From: Amoebidium appalachense
Lineage: Eukaryota; Protista; Ichthyosporea
Length of the DNA stretch: 64,000 nt
NCBI GenBank assembly: GCA_963693365.1
Contig: CAVNZM010000003.1
Span: 15,359,143 to 15,423,142 of the forward strand
Direction: 5' to 3'
In this document: one piece after another, positions 24,304-64,000 of the stretch
Layout of the letters: every line of letters starts with the position of its first letter
Position numbering within the stretch: position 1 is the stretch's first letter
Program-made: the position numbers and the translations under genes
Notes under the pieces: generated by a model
The model's database searches: none
Seen by the model: the letters and a program-made list of their open reading frames with translations, nothing else
What the model was told of the DNA's origin: nothing

Positions 24304-25731
24304 TCACCAAACATACATATCTAGGCGGGGCAAAATCCTTCTCAATGCATGTGCCTCCGCTTCCGGAATGTGTGTGTCATAAATGTGCAGCTCCCTCAAC
24401 CGTGTACACGTGCTCAGTGCTAGCATGTGCTTCAAATGCGTCCCATGACACAAAAGAACGCGCAATAGAGGACACCTGCCTAGTGGGGCAACGCTAGAGA
24501 TGGGTGTGTGGTCGACCGCTACGCTTTCCAAATATGGAAGGTCCCCAAGCGGCTCAACACTCTCCACGCGCGTGCCTGACAACGACACGTGGTGTAGGCG
24601 GTGGCAGTGGCGAAGAGGTTTCACACACGAAACCTTTGTTCCTTGGAGGGAGAGTCGTCGGAGATGCGTGCAGGATGAGAGCGGGGAAATGTCGCTCACA
24701 TGTGTGTGCGAGAGAGTGAGTTCCCGCAGTTGGCGGCAATTCGCCAATGGTTGAATGCATGTCACGCCACTTCTTTGTAGTTCTAGCACGTGCATGTGCC
24801 CACAGTGGGCCAACGATGAAATATCTTCCACGGGTGTGTCAGCGAGGATCACCTTCCGGAGGTTTACGCACGTGCGTAGGGAAGAAATGTCATGTATCGG
24901 GGTATTTGCAACGTTGAGGGTTACGAGGCCAACGCAGTGCGCTACACTCTCAATGTTTTGTACACATGTTCCCTCAAGGGAGAGTGTTTTGAGTTTTATT
25001 AACTGTGGCAGCGTCACAGAAACCTCCTCTACCGGCGTGAACCCGAGATATAGCTCCTCGAGTAGAGGGCAGTGTGCAAGGGGTGAAATGTCGGTAACAC
25101 CGGTGCCCTTCAAACGCAAAACACGCAGTCGCTTACAGTTATTGACGACGTCTATCGAGTTAACTTCGGTGTGTGCAAAGTTTGCAACCTCCAGATGCGA
25201 ACAACCCCTCAGGCCCGATAGATCGCACACACCCGAGCCGCTCAGGTCCAACCAGCGAATAAATTCACACCCGACAACACTTGAAAGCTGCGGGTTGGAA
25301 CACAGACGGATACGACGCACGTTTGGCCATGAGGAGTGAAGATTTTTCAGGCCTTGTGAAGTCGCCCAATATTTGGAAAGGGAAATGCTTGATTGAAGAA
25401 ACGACTGTTTTGCAACTGTGTTCCATGCCCGGCACACACGACTGCACCCGTGCACAAGTGTTTTTGTGGGGACGAAGGTAAAGATGTGGGCAAGAATTTC
25501 TGGTGGGAGGTGGTGGATAGTTGAGTAAAACACGTTTGAAATCCCGGTGTCTCTGAGATATTCTTTGCCATGTGGCGTGTTTGGGTTGAGAATGAGAGAC
25601 ACGTCCTGGGCAGCGGTGATGTAGCCAAGGGTCTCAAGAACCTGCCTTACATCAACAGTCATTTTTAGGACCGTGTCACGGGTATTTACAAAAGCAAGAG
25701 GATATCCGGTCGACCAGTGGCTTAGGCACAC
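24304..25731 (-). CDS. Intronless F-box + leucine-rich-repeat protein (likely ATG at ~25662, MTVDVRQ)
   Basis: F-box IHHLPPEILAHIFTFVPTKTLVHGCSRVCRAWNTVA followed by about 14 22-residue LRRs (LxxLxLxxTxVxDIxPLxxC). Confidence 0.93.
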   Translation of the reverse strand: MCLSHWSTGYPLAFVNTRDTVLKMTVDVRQVLETLGYITAAQDVSLILNPNTPHGKEYLRDTGISNVFYSTIHHLPPEILAHIFTFVPTKTLVHGCSRVCRAWNTVAKQSFLQSSISLSKYWATSQGLKNLHSSWPNVRRIRLCSNPQLSSVVGCEFIRWLDLSGSGVCDLSGLRGCSHLEVANFAHTEVNSIDVVNNCKRLRVLRLKGTGVTDISPLAHCPLLEELYLGFTPVEEVSVTLPQLIKLKTLSLEGTCVQNIESVAHCVGLVTLNVANTPIHDISSLRTCVNLRKVILADTPVEDISSLAHCGHMHVLELQRSGVTCIQPLANCRQLRELTLSHTHVSDISPLSSCTHLRRLSLQGTKVSCVKPLRHCHRLHHVSLSGTRVESVEPLGDLPYLESVAVDHTPISSVAPLGRCPLLRVLLCHGTHLKHMLALSTCTRLRELHIYDTHIPEAEAHALRRILPRLDMYVW

Positions 25732-26158
25732 ATATATGATTTGAACTTAGAGTTCCTTATAGATGCTCATATACACTAACTTAAGGGCAAGGTTGGTGGC
25801 AATGACAGGAAAATTTCGTAAAACCCCAAAGGGGGGCACAAGTACATGTCCACGTGTCCACGATTGTAATTATAATAGGCGTTACTAGTAGGCATAATTA
25901 TGTGGCACTGCATTATAACAGAGGAAAACTGCCACACTATTCGAAGTGGCCGTAGTGAAAATTTATAGATGCGGGTAATTTTTGAGTACTTTTGGCACGC
26001 GTAAATGTCACAAAAGCATTTTCACGGATACATCACCCAACATGTGAGGAGAATCGTGCAGGTGGCAAGGCTTACGCAAAACGTGGAAAAAGCGGTTATT
26101 TGTGCTTTTTGGAGCCGTGCTTGATTGGTTACACACTCTGCATTTACATATTCGGAAG

Positions 26159-26391
26159 CAGGGCTTGAAATATGTTTTAAACGAGTGGTGGCTTGTTTGA
26201 CTAGGTGGCGCATATGTATTTTGCCAACTTTGCCTGTATTCCACTTCCACTCCACTGGGTTATATATATTTTTATAGTGTTTAGGTCCACCGGCCCTGAG
26301 TTCAGTGGACCTGGCGTTCCACGTCATGTGGCTTTTTGCGGGTTTCAGGTGGCGTTTTTAGGTCCAAGTGCCACTGTAATTTCTGGCCCTG
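26159..26391. mobile_element. hAT-type MITE
   Basis: Imperfect TIRs CAGGGCTTGAAAT / ATTTCTGGCCCTG and a perfect 8-bp TSD TTCGGAAG (26151-26158/26392-26399). Confidence 0.85.
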
Positions 26392-27172
26392 TTCGGAAGT
26401 GCCATCATCACCGTCAGCTACTCAGCTGAATCGGTGAAAAGGACACAGTAGCACAAATCACTTACAAAATCGCGTACATAAAAAATCACGAATTGTTTTC
26501 CTTCTGTTTTATCGGGTAGTAAAGGGTGGCGCATGTTGCAGCATGCATAATGTACGATTTACAGTTTGGCACGTGCTAGCGGGCCGACTCCAGCACCTCT
26601 CATGAGCGCATGAGCTATATGCGTGCACCGCTAAAACCAATAGGAACGCAAATAAATCATCAAAACACATTACCGTATCACAAAAGCAGTACAATTGGAT
26701 AGGAACGCACCGTTTTAAAACATGCATGCAAATATATGCTCAAATAACTTGAAAAGCAGACGAAAGGAAACGTATAACGTGCAATATCACAGCGTAAACA
26801 TGGATATTGTATTGATTGAAAGTTGGCTTTGTCGGTTACAATTCTTGTTACCGGCATATTGGAAACGAGGCAGTCACAGCCGAATTCTAGCTCATAACAT
26901 GTATCTAAATATGGGTTTTTGTTATCTGTTTCGATTGGATGATACTAGGAAGTAGGCAACGAATGATTGCACAGTGTTCGCGCCATTTTTCCGATTGGTT
27001 TGGCGTCTCCCAATCAATCCCGTTTGTGCATGTGCACTGAAGTCCTTCTTTTTTTTTTGTCCCTTCAAAGTTTGCCCGAGCGCGACTAGCCTATAACACA
27101 AACAAAAGCACAAACATACCAGTTTGTAATTTTAGAGCTGTGCATGTTTCATGTTAGCGATCGAATAGAGAA

Positions 27173-41585
<14,413 letters not shown>

Positions 41586-41869
41586 TTGGACGGGGAGGTA
41601 CACATGATCTGCATCCAATCACACACAGAAAGAAAATGTAGCTTACAAGGAGAGATACAAGCGGTTGCACCAGCTACAAACTCGCACATGCATATACTGT
41701 GTGTGCACACACAAACACGCATGTGCAGGCACGAGCTCGCACGCGTTCACACACACACCCACCCAGGCACACACACACTCTCACTCACAAACTCATACAC
41801 TCTCACACTTCCTTACACACGCGCACACACACACTTGCTCACACCCGGACACACACGTGGGTGCTCTGG

Positions 41870-41930
<61 letters not shown>

Positions 41931-42717
41931 CCAAAAAGACACACATATGTATATATGCGTGCACACACAAGCCGACAAAAAACACGCACTGTAACACGCA
42001 CACACACTGCCCTGAAAGAATGTCAAAAGGGGTAGAGCAAGGAGCCGAGCAAGAAGGATTTTCACATTGTTCGTGTCACTTTGGCTCATTTTAAAAGACA
42101 TGCCGTTGGGTGGGGCTTGTTTAAGCGGTACACCTGTCGGATGTAAGAGGGTTAACCTGAACCGTCTATTCGCTGTTAAACACATGGTTTTTAAACCGCT
42201 GCCATGTTAGGCAAGTGTACACGTGACTTTGCGCTGGCCGCATTTCTCACACACATGTCAAGGGCACAAATGTACGTAGGAATTGGCTTTTCACGGATAT
42301 TATTAAATTGCCACTGGGCCGAATTGTGTCCACTGAGCCTCAAATTGGGCAAAGAAAAGTTTCGAAGGAGATACTCAGGCTATAAAAAACAAAACAAGTG
42401 TGCCGGACGGGCCCGCACATCGACCATATGATAGCCGCTGTTTAAAAACAGGGAATGAACCCCTCCCCCCCATTTTCCGCTTGCCAGGGGGGGGGGGGGG
42501 GGGGGGGGGGTGTTCTCGAGCAGTGCTCTGCGCAAGTTGATTCAATCAGCTGACGTTGTACACCGCCATGTGACACCCGCGCCAACCTGATAAGACACAC
42601 TGTGACACACACATGTTGCATGTGCACACACACACTCTCTCTCAGAGCTCTCTGATCAAATGAGCACGAGAGGCTCTCTGGGCTCACACACACACACTCA
42701 TGTACACGTCGACTCAT

Positions 42718-42756
42718 CGAGAGAGAGAGAGAGAGACTAGTACTTGGGGAGTGTAC

Positions 42757-42804
<48 letters not shown>

Positions 42805-42870
42805 GAGCGCAGAGAGAGTTGAGAGAGCTATAGAGAGAGAGAGAGAGAGAGAGGGAGACAGAGAGAGAGA

Positions 42871-42917
<47 letters not shown>

Positions 42918-42944
42918 GTCAGAGAGAGACAGCCCGGGGGGAGT

Positions 42945-42999
<55 letters not shown>

Positions 43000-43175
43000 G
43001 AGGAGAGAGAGAGAGAGAGAGAGTCAGAGAGAGAGAGCCTCGGGGGGGGGGGGGGGGGGGGGGGGGGAGAGTTCGAGAGAGAGAGATAGATCTAGAGAGA
43101 GAGGGAGAGAGGGAGAGAGAGAGAGAGAGAGAGAGAGGGAGAAAGAGAGAGAGAGAGAGAGAAGAGAGAGAGACT
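42718..43175. repeat. (GA)n-rich tract; similar tracts at 49415-49665, 53975-54430, 59020-59150 and 62995-63105
   Basis: Direct reading. Confidence 0.9.
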
Positions 43176-44195
43176 GATCTCTCGATGCCTCGAGTACTTG
43201 AACAGCGTAACTCCCCCCCTCCCCTCCCCCCCCCCCCCCCCCCCCCTCCCCCCCCCCCCCCCCCCCCCGCCCCCTCCCCCCCCTTCCCTCCCACTCTCTC
43301 CCCAGAGCTCTGTCTCCGGATCTCCCTTTCTCCTCCCTCCCCTCTCGTGCTAGCCGAGGCGTCTCACCATAAGTGCTAATAAAAAGACTCAGTAGTATGT
43401 TACATAACGGGGGAGAAAAAGACCAGCAGCATCGAAATCACGTGATCGATTGTGACACACTTTAGCCCGGGCCGGGTGGGAATTCCGTGGATGATAAAAT
43501 AAGGCCCTGCGATTGGTCACTTATAGCGGATATCGGGGCATGATACTTTGTGTGTCCCTATACGGCATACCCAGGTATGGATATCCGTATGTATTTGATA
43601 CTTTTCTGTGCCGACAGTACATAACTAGATCCTAGTATGGAACATATTTTACTACATAAATGTTTCATTTTTTTTTTGCTCGCGCGAGGATTATCAGCCA
43701 CAGTGGAGATTGGCATATACAGTCATGGCAATATTAACGTGGATATGTTTCCCCAGGGGCGTTATATGCAGCCTTGCTTATATATCCGAATCTCGCGCCA
43801 TAGACAGCGCGCCATAGCCGAACCGCGCACAGCACAAGGACACGCACGTGATGTGCACAGCCCCCAGAGTCCTTTGCTACCTCAGGCTTTTCAGTTTAGG
43901 CAGCATAGTGATTGAGAAATTACTGTTTAGATAAGCGCTGATGTTTGATGCATAGGCCTTCAGAACCAACTTCTTTCATCCGCTGGATTATTCGCAGGAT
44001 GCTAGTCTAGCTAGGGGAGGGCTCGCGCAATTTTTTTGACGATCTAATACTAATTGTACATGTGCTTAACTGTGTATGTGTATTACACCCATATCCCCCT
44101 ACTTCCCTCAAGTAGGCCAGGGCTCTTAAAGCTCAGTGGTGAGTGTTCGCCTTTTTTTTTTTTTTTTTTTTGCCCCTTTCTTTCTTTCTTTTCTA

Positions 44196-44229
<34 letters not shown>

Positions 44230-44685
44230 GGGGGGGGGCCTGACCCAGGTGCGAAGGCTGTCATGACAATATTAATGTTTCCGTGTTGTTATAATGTGGA
44301 AATTGAAAATCTCCACTGAAGGCATACTGCAACAGCACAAATACGCATATACCCAACAACATTAAAACACGTTTAACAGAAACTGCAAAGAGGGGCCTAG
44401 AACTGAGTTTTGCCCAACACTCACTGTGTTCTCGCCGCGAGTCACCTGCTATCCTGGGCCAGCTGAACCTCGCCTTTCTCTGTTGGTACGTGGCGTGAAA
44501 TGGCCCCGTTGAACTTATTGTGTGGCAACAGCTTTAAGAACATAATAAGCCGTTTTCTTGAGCGAAACAGCACGAGTTGAATGACGGTCATCCCATATCT
44601 TGGATAATTTGACAATGCTCCCTTGTACTGAATTATTATACTAGTTCTTCACCCACTTACATGTATTCTAAAACGTGGCAGTGGA

Positions 44686-57745
<13,060 letters not shown>

Positions 57746-58656
57746 GAACACACACGCACAGAGAGTTGAAGGGGAGGGGGATGGAGGGGGGGGGGGGGGG
57801 GAGAGGGGGGAGAGCAGGAATGGAGGAAGGGGAGGGAGGGGAGGGGGGATGTATCACTAAAGTTTCCTCTTCCGGTACCACTCCGGGCCTCTGGTGCACG
57901 ACGAAATACCCCAAGCCATATCAAGTTCCTTATACTATCAAAATCCTTGAAGTGACCGCACAAGTACATCTGTCCTCCATTTCTATTATATTATATTATA
58001 ATTGTTTTTTGCCTCATTTCACACTGATTTTCCTTGCCTCCTTGTATCTGATAAGGAATAAGATGGTTGAGTCTTGAATTTGTTGTCATTCTAAAATTTT
58101 CAAAAGTATATAGGCCCGTGCTTTCTCGTATGTGAAAATGCACAGAAAGATTTGTTTTGGCCCTGACAGTCGCAGCAATATTTGTTCTCACGAATGTTTA
58201 TGCCACTTCTGTGCTGAGCCTTTCTCTTGCAAACTTTTCTTGAATATATGTATTTATCTCAGATTATCCCACTGGAAGAAATTAGGAGATATAGAAGACT
58301 GGTCTCAAATTATCCCTCTGGAAATTGATTGATTAGTGTGCTTAAGGAATGCACTTCAACTGGCCAAATATCAAACCATCATATGTTTGGAGGTATTTCT
58401 CGCTTTTAGGGTATATGATCATATCTCATTTGCCATTTCTTATCCAATTAGTGATTAATGTTGATTGTATCTAAGAGTAATCTGTAATATCTCGTTTGTT
58501 CAAATTAAAAAGTATTTCAATGGGCCAGCTTGAGTACTGAGCATGATGGTGTCAGAGTTCCCGGAAGGTAGACTAGCCAGCTTGCACTTACATGTATAGG
58601 GACTGTACACCGTGTGTGAGTGTGCCGCGTGTGTGCGTGTGTGTGTGTGTGTGCGC

Positions 58657-58687
<31 letters not shown>

Positions 58688-59017
58688 TGTGTGTTTGTGT
58701 AGGGAAACTGAAGTATCATGCACCGAGCCATAAGTGTAATGCAAAGCACAAAACAAAACGAGAGAGCAACCACCCTTGTTCCGTATATGCAAAGCGATGA
58801 TTGTAAAACAACGGCTGTCAGTTTATTCAGTCTTCACCTTCGACCCATTTGGCTCACACTCATGCACCGTGCGCGCACACACACACAAACAAACACACAC
58901 ACGCACACAGACACACACACTGCCAACATTTGGCCCAACAGAGAGAGATTAGGGGGAGATGAGAGAGGGGGGGAGGGGGGGGAGAGGGGGGGGGGGGGGC
59001 TGGCTGGGGAGAGAGGG

Positions 59018-59123
<106 letters not shown>

Positions 59124-59879
59124 GAGAGAGGGAGAGAGGGAGAGAGAGAGAGTGTGTGTGTCACGGTGTGTGTGTATGTGACACTGTGTGGTACCCCTTT
59201 TCCTCTTTCTTCTTTCCTCTTTCGATCAAAATCCTGAACTATGAATACAATTAAAGCTCTCCTCTGGTTTTCTTTTTACTGTGATGTTCGACTTTGATAT
59301 TACATTCTTTCATACGGGGTATCCTTTTTGCTTCATCGAAGCGATGAAGACGACAACTTTTTGACCTCTTGAACCAGTTAGTCAGAGTGGTTGCATAGTA
59401 TAGTATAGGTCATCATTTCTCTGGTAACCCGCTAAAACTACTGATATATAGCATAGCTAGGTGAGGTCTTTCGCCGAAGTTGTGTTACAATATTGCATAG
59501 ATATGTTGGTTAAGTTGGCCCTCTTGTCTCTATTTTCATGAACGTCACGGTATGTTAATTGTGTGCCGACTGCCGGAAACTTTCACTTGTGAACGATGAC
59601 ATAGTCAAAAACTAACAAAAAAGAATCACGTAAATGTAGTTATCTGAGTCAGACTATCTCACTAGAAATCAGGAGACATATACGTATACAGTGCATTTAT
59701 TACGGATTATCCTGCTGATCGAAAACTAGGAGAGACACATGTATTTTTCTCAGAGTAATTCTGCTGGAAATAAGCAGCCCAGCCGTAAAATAACTTAGGC
59801 TATTGATAAAATGCAGGGTTATGTATATAAAAGAAAGAAAGCGGCCAATGATTACAACTTACACTTACACTTACAAGGA

Positions 59880-60520
59880 CCGAACGGTCGCGAACCGGGT
59901 ACAGCATCACTCGCGCCAATACTATGGTGCTGGCGGCCGCACGCCACCACCTGCCCTACATCTTCACCGCAGATAGTTAGGTCGCTAGGTGCATGCTTGC
60001 ACCGTGACACGTGTGTGTGGGTGGGTGGATCATGTGGGTGGGTAGAGGGGGGAGAGGGGGTAAGGGTATGGGTGGGTGGGTGCCACGGGTGTGGTTGTAT
60101 GTCACCGTGGCTGTGCGTGTGTACAGTATTTGCATAAGTGTGTATATGTGTGGTTGCTGAGGGGAAGGGGTGGGGGTGGGGGGTGGGGGGGGGGGGGGGT
60201 GACTACAACATTTGTGAAATGTTCACAGATAGAACCAGAGAAGTTTGCTTGTACCATGTGGAAAACCCTGGGTGTGTTGCTGCATATAAAGGGAAGTAGA
60301 AAAAGATTGAAGGTGGGCACTGCCAATGTTGCATTGAAAGATGGTGGTATTCATGTGTGTTTAAAAATTTGCACTTTTCTGGTCAGACAGCGTAACTTAA
60401 TTTTTTCTGTGCAATGGCTGAGCCACACCCAGCCTGCTTCCTGTGCTGGCCAGCTACTAGATAGCAGACGGGCAGACTCTCCCTGTTCATGTGTCTTGTT
60501 TTAGCAGCGGTGTCCACAGG
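59880..60520 (+). pseudogene. MATE pseudogene fragment (two exons)
   Basis: VLAAARHHLPYIFTADS*VAR (GAG to TAG) at 59925-59988, and a decayed Y*IADGQ exon at 60420-60520. Confidence 0.85.
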
Positions 60521-60579
60521 TCCGGCTTATGTTGCTTGCTGTATGTACATGTCGCAACCCCCATCCAAATAACCGACGA

Positions 60580-62775
60580 TCCAGCTGGACGGCAAAAAAC
60601 GGGCAGTAAAGAAGCGCAAGAATGCACCAGGTCGCCTTCGTTCCAGCACGGCAGCCAAAAACGGGCAGTAAAAAAGCGCCAGAATGCACCAGGTCCCCGT
60701 CGTTCCAGTTGGGCGGCCGAAAAAGGGCAGTAAAAAGGCGCAAGCATGCACCAGGTCGCCAACGTTCATTGACAAGCACGGCGGCCACAAATGGGCAGTG
60801 AAGAAGCGCAAGAATGCACCAAATCGCCGACGTTCCAGCACGGCGGCCAAAAATGGGCAGTAAAGAAGCGCAAGAATGCACCAGGTGGCCGACGTTCCAG
60901 CTGGGCAGCAAAAAACGGGCAGTAAAAAAGCGCAAGAATGCAGCAGGTCGCCGATGTTCCAGCTGGGCGGCCAAAAACGGGCAGTAGAAAAACGCAACAA
61001 TGCACCAGGTGGCCGACGTTCCAGCTAAGAGGCCAAAATCGGGCAGTAAAAAAGCGCAAGAATGCACCAGGTCGCCGACGTTCCATCTGGGCGGACAAAA
61101 ACGGGCAGTAAAAAATGGCAAGAATGCACCAGGTCGCCGACATTCCAGCTGGGCGGCCAAAAACCGGCAGTAAAAAAGGGCACGAATGTACAAGGACGCC
61201 CAAGTCCCAGCTGGGCAGCAGAAAACGGGGAGTAAAAAAAGGCAAAAATGCACCAGGTCATGGACGTTCCAGCTGGGCGGCCAAAAAAGCGCAAGAATGC
61301 ACCAGGTCGCCGACGTTCCAGCTAATATAGGCAGCAAAAAAAAGGCAGTAAAAAAGCGCAAGACTGCACCAGGTCGCAGACGTTCCAGCTGGGCGGCCAA
61401 AAACCGGCTGTAAAAAGGCGCAAGAATGCAACAGGTCGCCTACGTTCCAGCCCGGCGACCCAAAACGGGCAGTAAAAAAAGCGCAAGACTGCTCTAGGTC
61501 GCCGACATTCCAGCTGGACGGCAAAAAATGGGCACTGAACAAGCGCAAAAATGCACCAGGTTGCCCAAGTTCCAGCCGGACGACAGAAAACGGGCAGTAA
61601 AAAAGCGCAAGAATGCACGGCAGGTCGCCGACGTCCAGCTGGGTGGACAAAAACGGCAGTAAAAAAGCGCAAGAATGCACCAGGTCGCCGACGTTATGGC
61701 TGGACAGCAAAAAAATGGGCGGTAAAAAAGCGCAACAATGCACCAGGTTGCCAAAGTTCCAGCTTAGCGGCAGAAAACGGGCAGTAAAAAAGTCCAGGTC
61801 GCCGACATTCTAGCCCAGCGGCCAAAAACAGGCAGTAAAAAGGCGCAATAATGCACCAGGTCGCCAACGTTCCAACTGGGCGGCCAAAAATGGGCACTCA
61901 AAAAGTGGAAAAATGCACCAGGTCTCCGACGTTCCAGCTCAGCAGCCAAAAGCGGGCAGGCAAAAAGCGCATAAATGCACCAGGTCGCCGACGTTCCAAC
62001 TGGGCGGCCAAAATTGGGCAGTAAAAAAAAATAAGCCTTTACCAGGTCGCCGAAGTTCCACCCCGGCGGCCAAAAACGGGCAGTAAAAAAGCCCAAGAGC
62101 ACCAGGTCTCCGACGTTCCAGCTGGGCGGCCAAAAACTGGCAGTAAAATCGCAAGAATGAACCAGGCTGCCTACGTTCCAGCCCGGCGGCGAAAAACGGG
62201 CAGTATAAAAGCGCCAGAATCCACCAGGTAGCCGATGTTCCAGCTGGGCGGCCAAAAACGGGCAGTTAAAAAGCACACGAATGCACCTGTCCAGGTCGCC
62301 GAAGTCCTAGTTGGGCGGCAGAAAACGGGCAGTAGAAAAGCGCAAGAATGCACCAGGCCGCCGACGCTCCTGTTGGGCGGCCAAAAATGGGCAGTAAAAC
62401 AGCGCAAGAATGCACCAGGTCGCCGAAGTTCCAGCTGGGCTGCCAAAAACCTCCAGTAAAAAAGCGCAAGAATGCACCTTGTCCAGGTCGCCGATGTTCC
62501 AACTAGTATATGCAGCAAAAAACAAGCAGTAAAAAAGCGCAAGAATGCACCAGATCTCCGACGTTCCAGTTGGGCGGCAAGAAACGGGCAGTAAAAAAGC
62601 GCAAGAATGCACCAGGCCGCCGACATCCCAGCTGCGTTGACAAAAACGGGCAGTAAAAAAGCGCAAGACTGCACCAGGTCGCCGACGTTGCAGCTGGGAG
62701 GCCCAAAACGGGCAGTTAAAAAAGCGCAAGAATGCACCAGGTCGCCGACCTTCCAGCTGGGCGGCCAAAAACGGC
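60580..62775. repeat. 62-bp tandem satellite, about 35 diverged copies
   Basis: Consensus ccagctgggcggccaaaaacgggcagtaaaaaagcgcaagaatgcaccaggtcgccgacgtt; period 62 measured between 60897 and 60959. Confidence 0.95.
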
Positions 62776-62998
62776 GGCCTAAGATGGGCCGAATTACAGC
62801 TTGCCCTTAGTTCTACAGGACCGCGGGTGTGTGAAAGAGCGAGGGAGAGAAAGGACGAGAGCCAGAGAGAGGGAGGGTGAGAGAGACAGAGAGGGGAGAA
62901 GGGCGGGGGGAGAGATAGAGGGAGAGGGAGGGGGGGGGAGGGAGAGAAAGCGGGTGAGGGGAGAGAGAGGGGGGGGGGGGGGGGGGAGAGGGGGGAGG

Positions 62999-63097
<99 letters not shown>

Positions 63098-63107
63098 GAG
63101 AGAAGAG

Positions 63108-63174
<67 letters not shown>

Positions 63175-63729
63175 TGGTTTTGGGTAGGGAAACGACGAAG
63201 CAAAATGCACAGAGGTGTTGTGCACAGCTTCTTGCACAATATTCGTTTCTGGTTTATCTCGTTGAATATCCGGCGATCTCAACGACTATCTCGTTGTGTC
63301 TATCTATGGCAAACTCTACTCAGTATCTATTTATAGCCCTGTCTAATGCCCCGATTTCAACAAAATTCATTTTCTTTTTTTTTTTAAAAAAAAAACCTTT
63401 AAAAAAATCCAATGAGGGAGCAACGCTTAACCGGACGTGTTTAAATTTGACATCTGAGCCCTGTAACTTTGGCAACGAATGTCAATAATTGACACCGTTA
63501 ACCCTTTTGTTCGCAACCATGCATCGCCTCATCTCACCTTATTCAATTAAAGGAAGCAAATAGATCTTTTTCAGCTGTGGGCTTAAGCACGGTTTTATTT
63601 GTGGAATTTATTGACATAAATATTTTTTCTGGGTAAACACGTAGGATGGGTGTTCGATACCAACATAACCATGTAGGCTTCATTTCGTGTTTTAGCAATT
63701 CGCGGTTGGCTGCCCGCACACGGGCACCT

Positions 63730-63860
63730 ATTAGCCAATCAAAACATCAGATACCACAGATCACTAGACCGAGTTTTGATTGGCTCGGATCAGATATCAC
63801 ATATCACTAGATCGATTTTGATTGGCTCAGATCGGTAGGCTTAGGTATATAAGCACGACA
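63730..63860 (+). promoter_or_regulatory. Probable Pol II promoter of a gene beyond the window
   Basis: GCCAATCA, two TGATTGGC boxes within a ~41-bp duplication, then TATATAAG at 63846. Confidence 0.5.
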
Positions 63861-64000
63861 GTTTTTAGCAGAGCAGCAAGCTACAAACACATCTTCTGTG
63901 TTTAGCATCCACAGCCTTACAGCTATATATTCCTTTTTCACCCACCCACCTACACCCACACTCAACCCCCATTGATCCACACATACGTGCTGTTTTTTCA

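Noticed and set aside
60580-62775. Satellite as a CRISPR array or repeat-protein gene
   Set aside because: Units are contiguous with no unique spacers, there are no cas genes, and the 62-bp period breaks reading frame.
63700-63725. tggctgcccgcACA as the 3' end of another ncRNA copy
   Set aside because: No complementary GGG(T/C)RGCCA about 110 nt upstream and no CCACAATCA motif.

Overview
Eukaryotic, intron-rich, microsatellite-saturated DNA ((CA)n/(GT)n, (CT)n/(GA)n, long poly-G/poly-C). Most of the ORF track is low-complexity noise. Supported content: (i) 1-11 kb: six highly diverged but structure-conserving copies of a ~225-240 nt element that behaves like an unrecognised multi-helix ncRNA with an ACA-like 3' end, two other duplicated non-coding blocks, and a young non-autonomous Ty3/gypsy-type LTR element (480-bp LTRs, 5-bp TSD, triplicated PBS); (ii) a spliced BTG/Tob-family gene; (iii) a nest of LINE-type RT insertions; (iv) an intronless F-box/LRR gene and a hAT-type MITE; (v) two tandem, fully reconstructable MATE transporter genes plus a pseudogene fragment, with (GT)n hugging many donors and (CA)n replacing many polypyrimidine tracts; (vi) a 62-bp satellite and a CCAAT/TATA promoter at the right edge. 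All alignments and folds were done by eye, so boundaries may be off by a few bases. The organism cannot be identified from this window.
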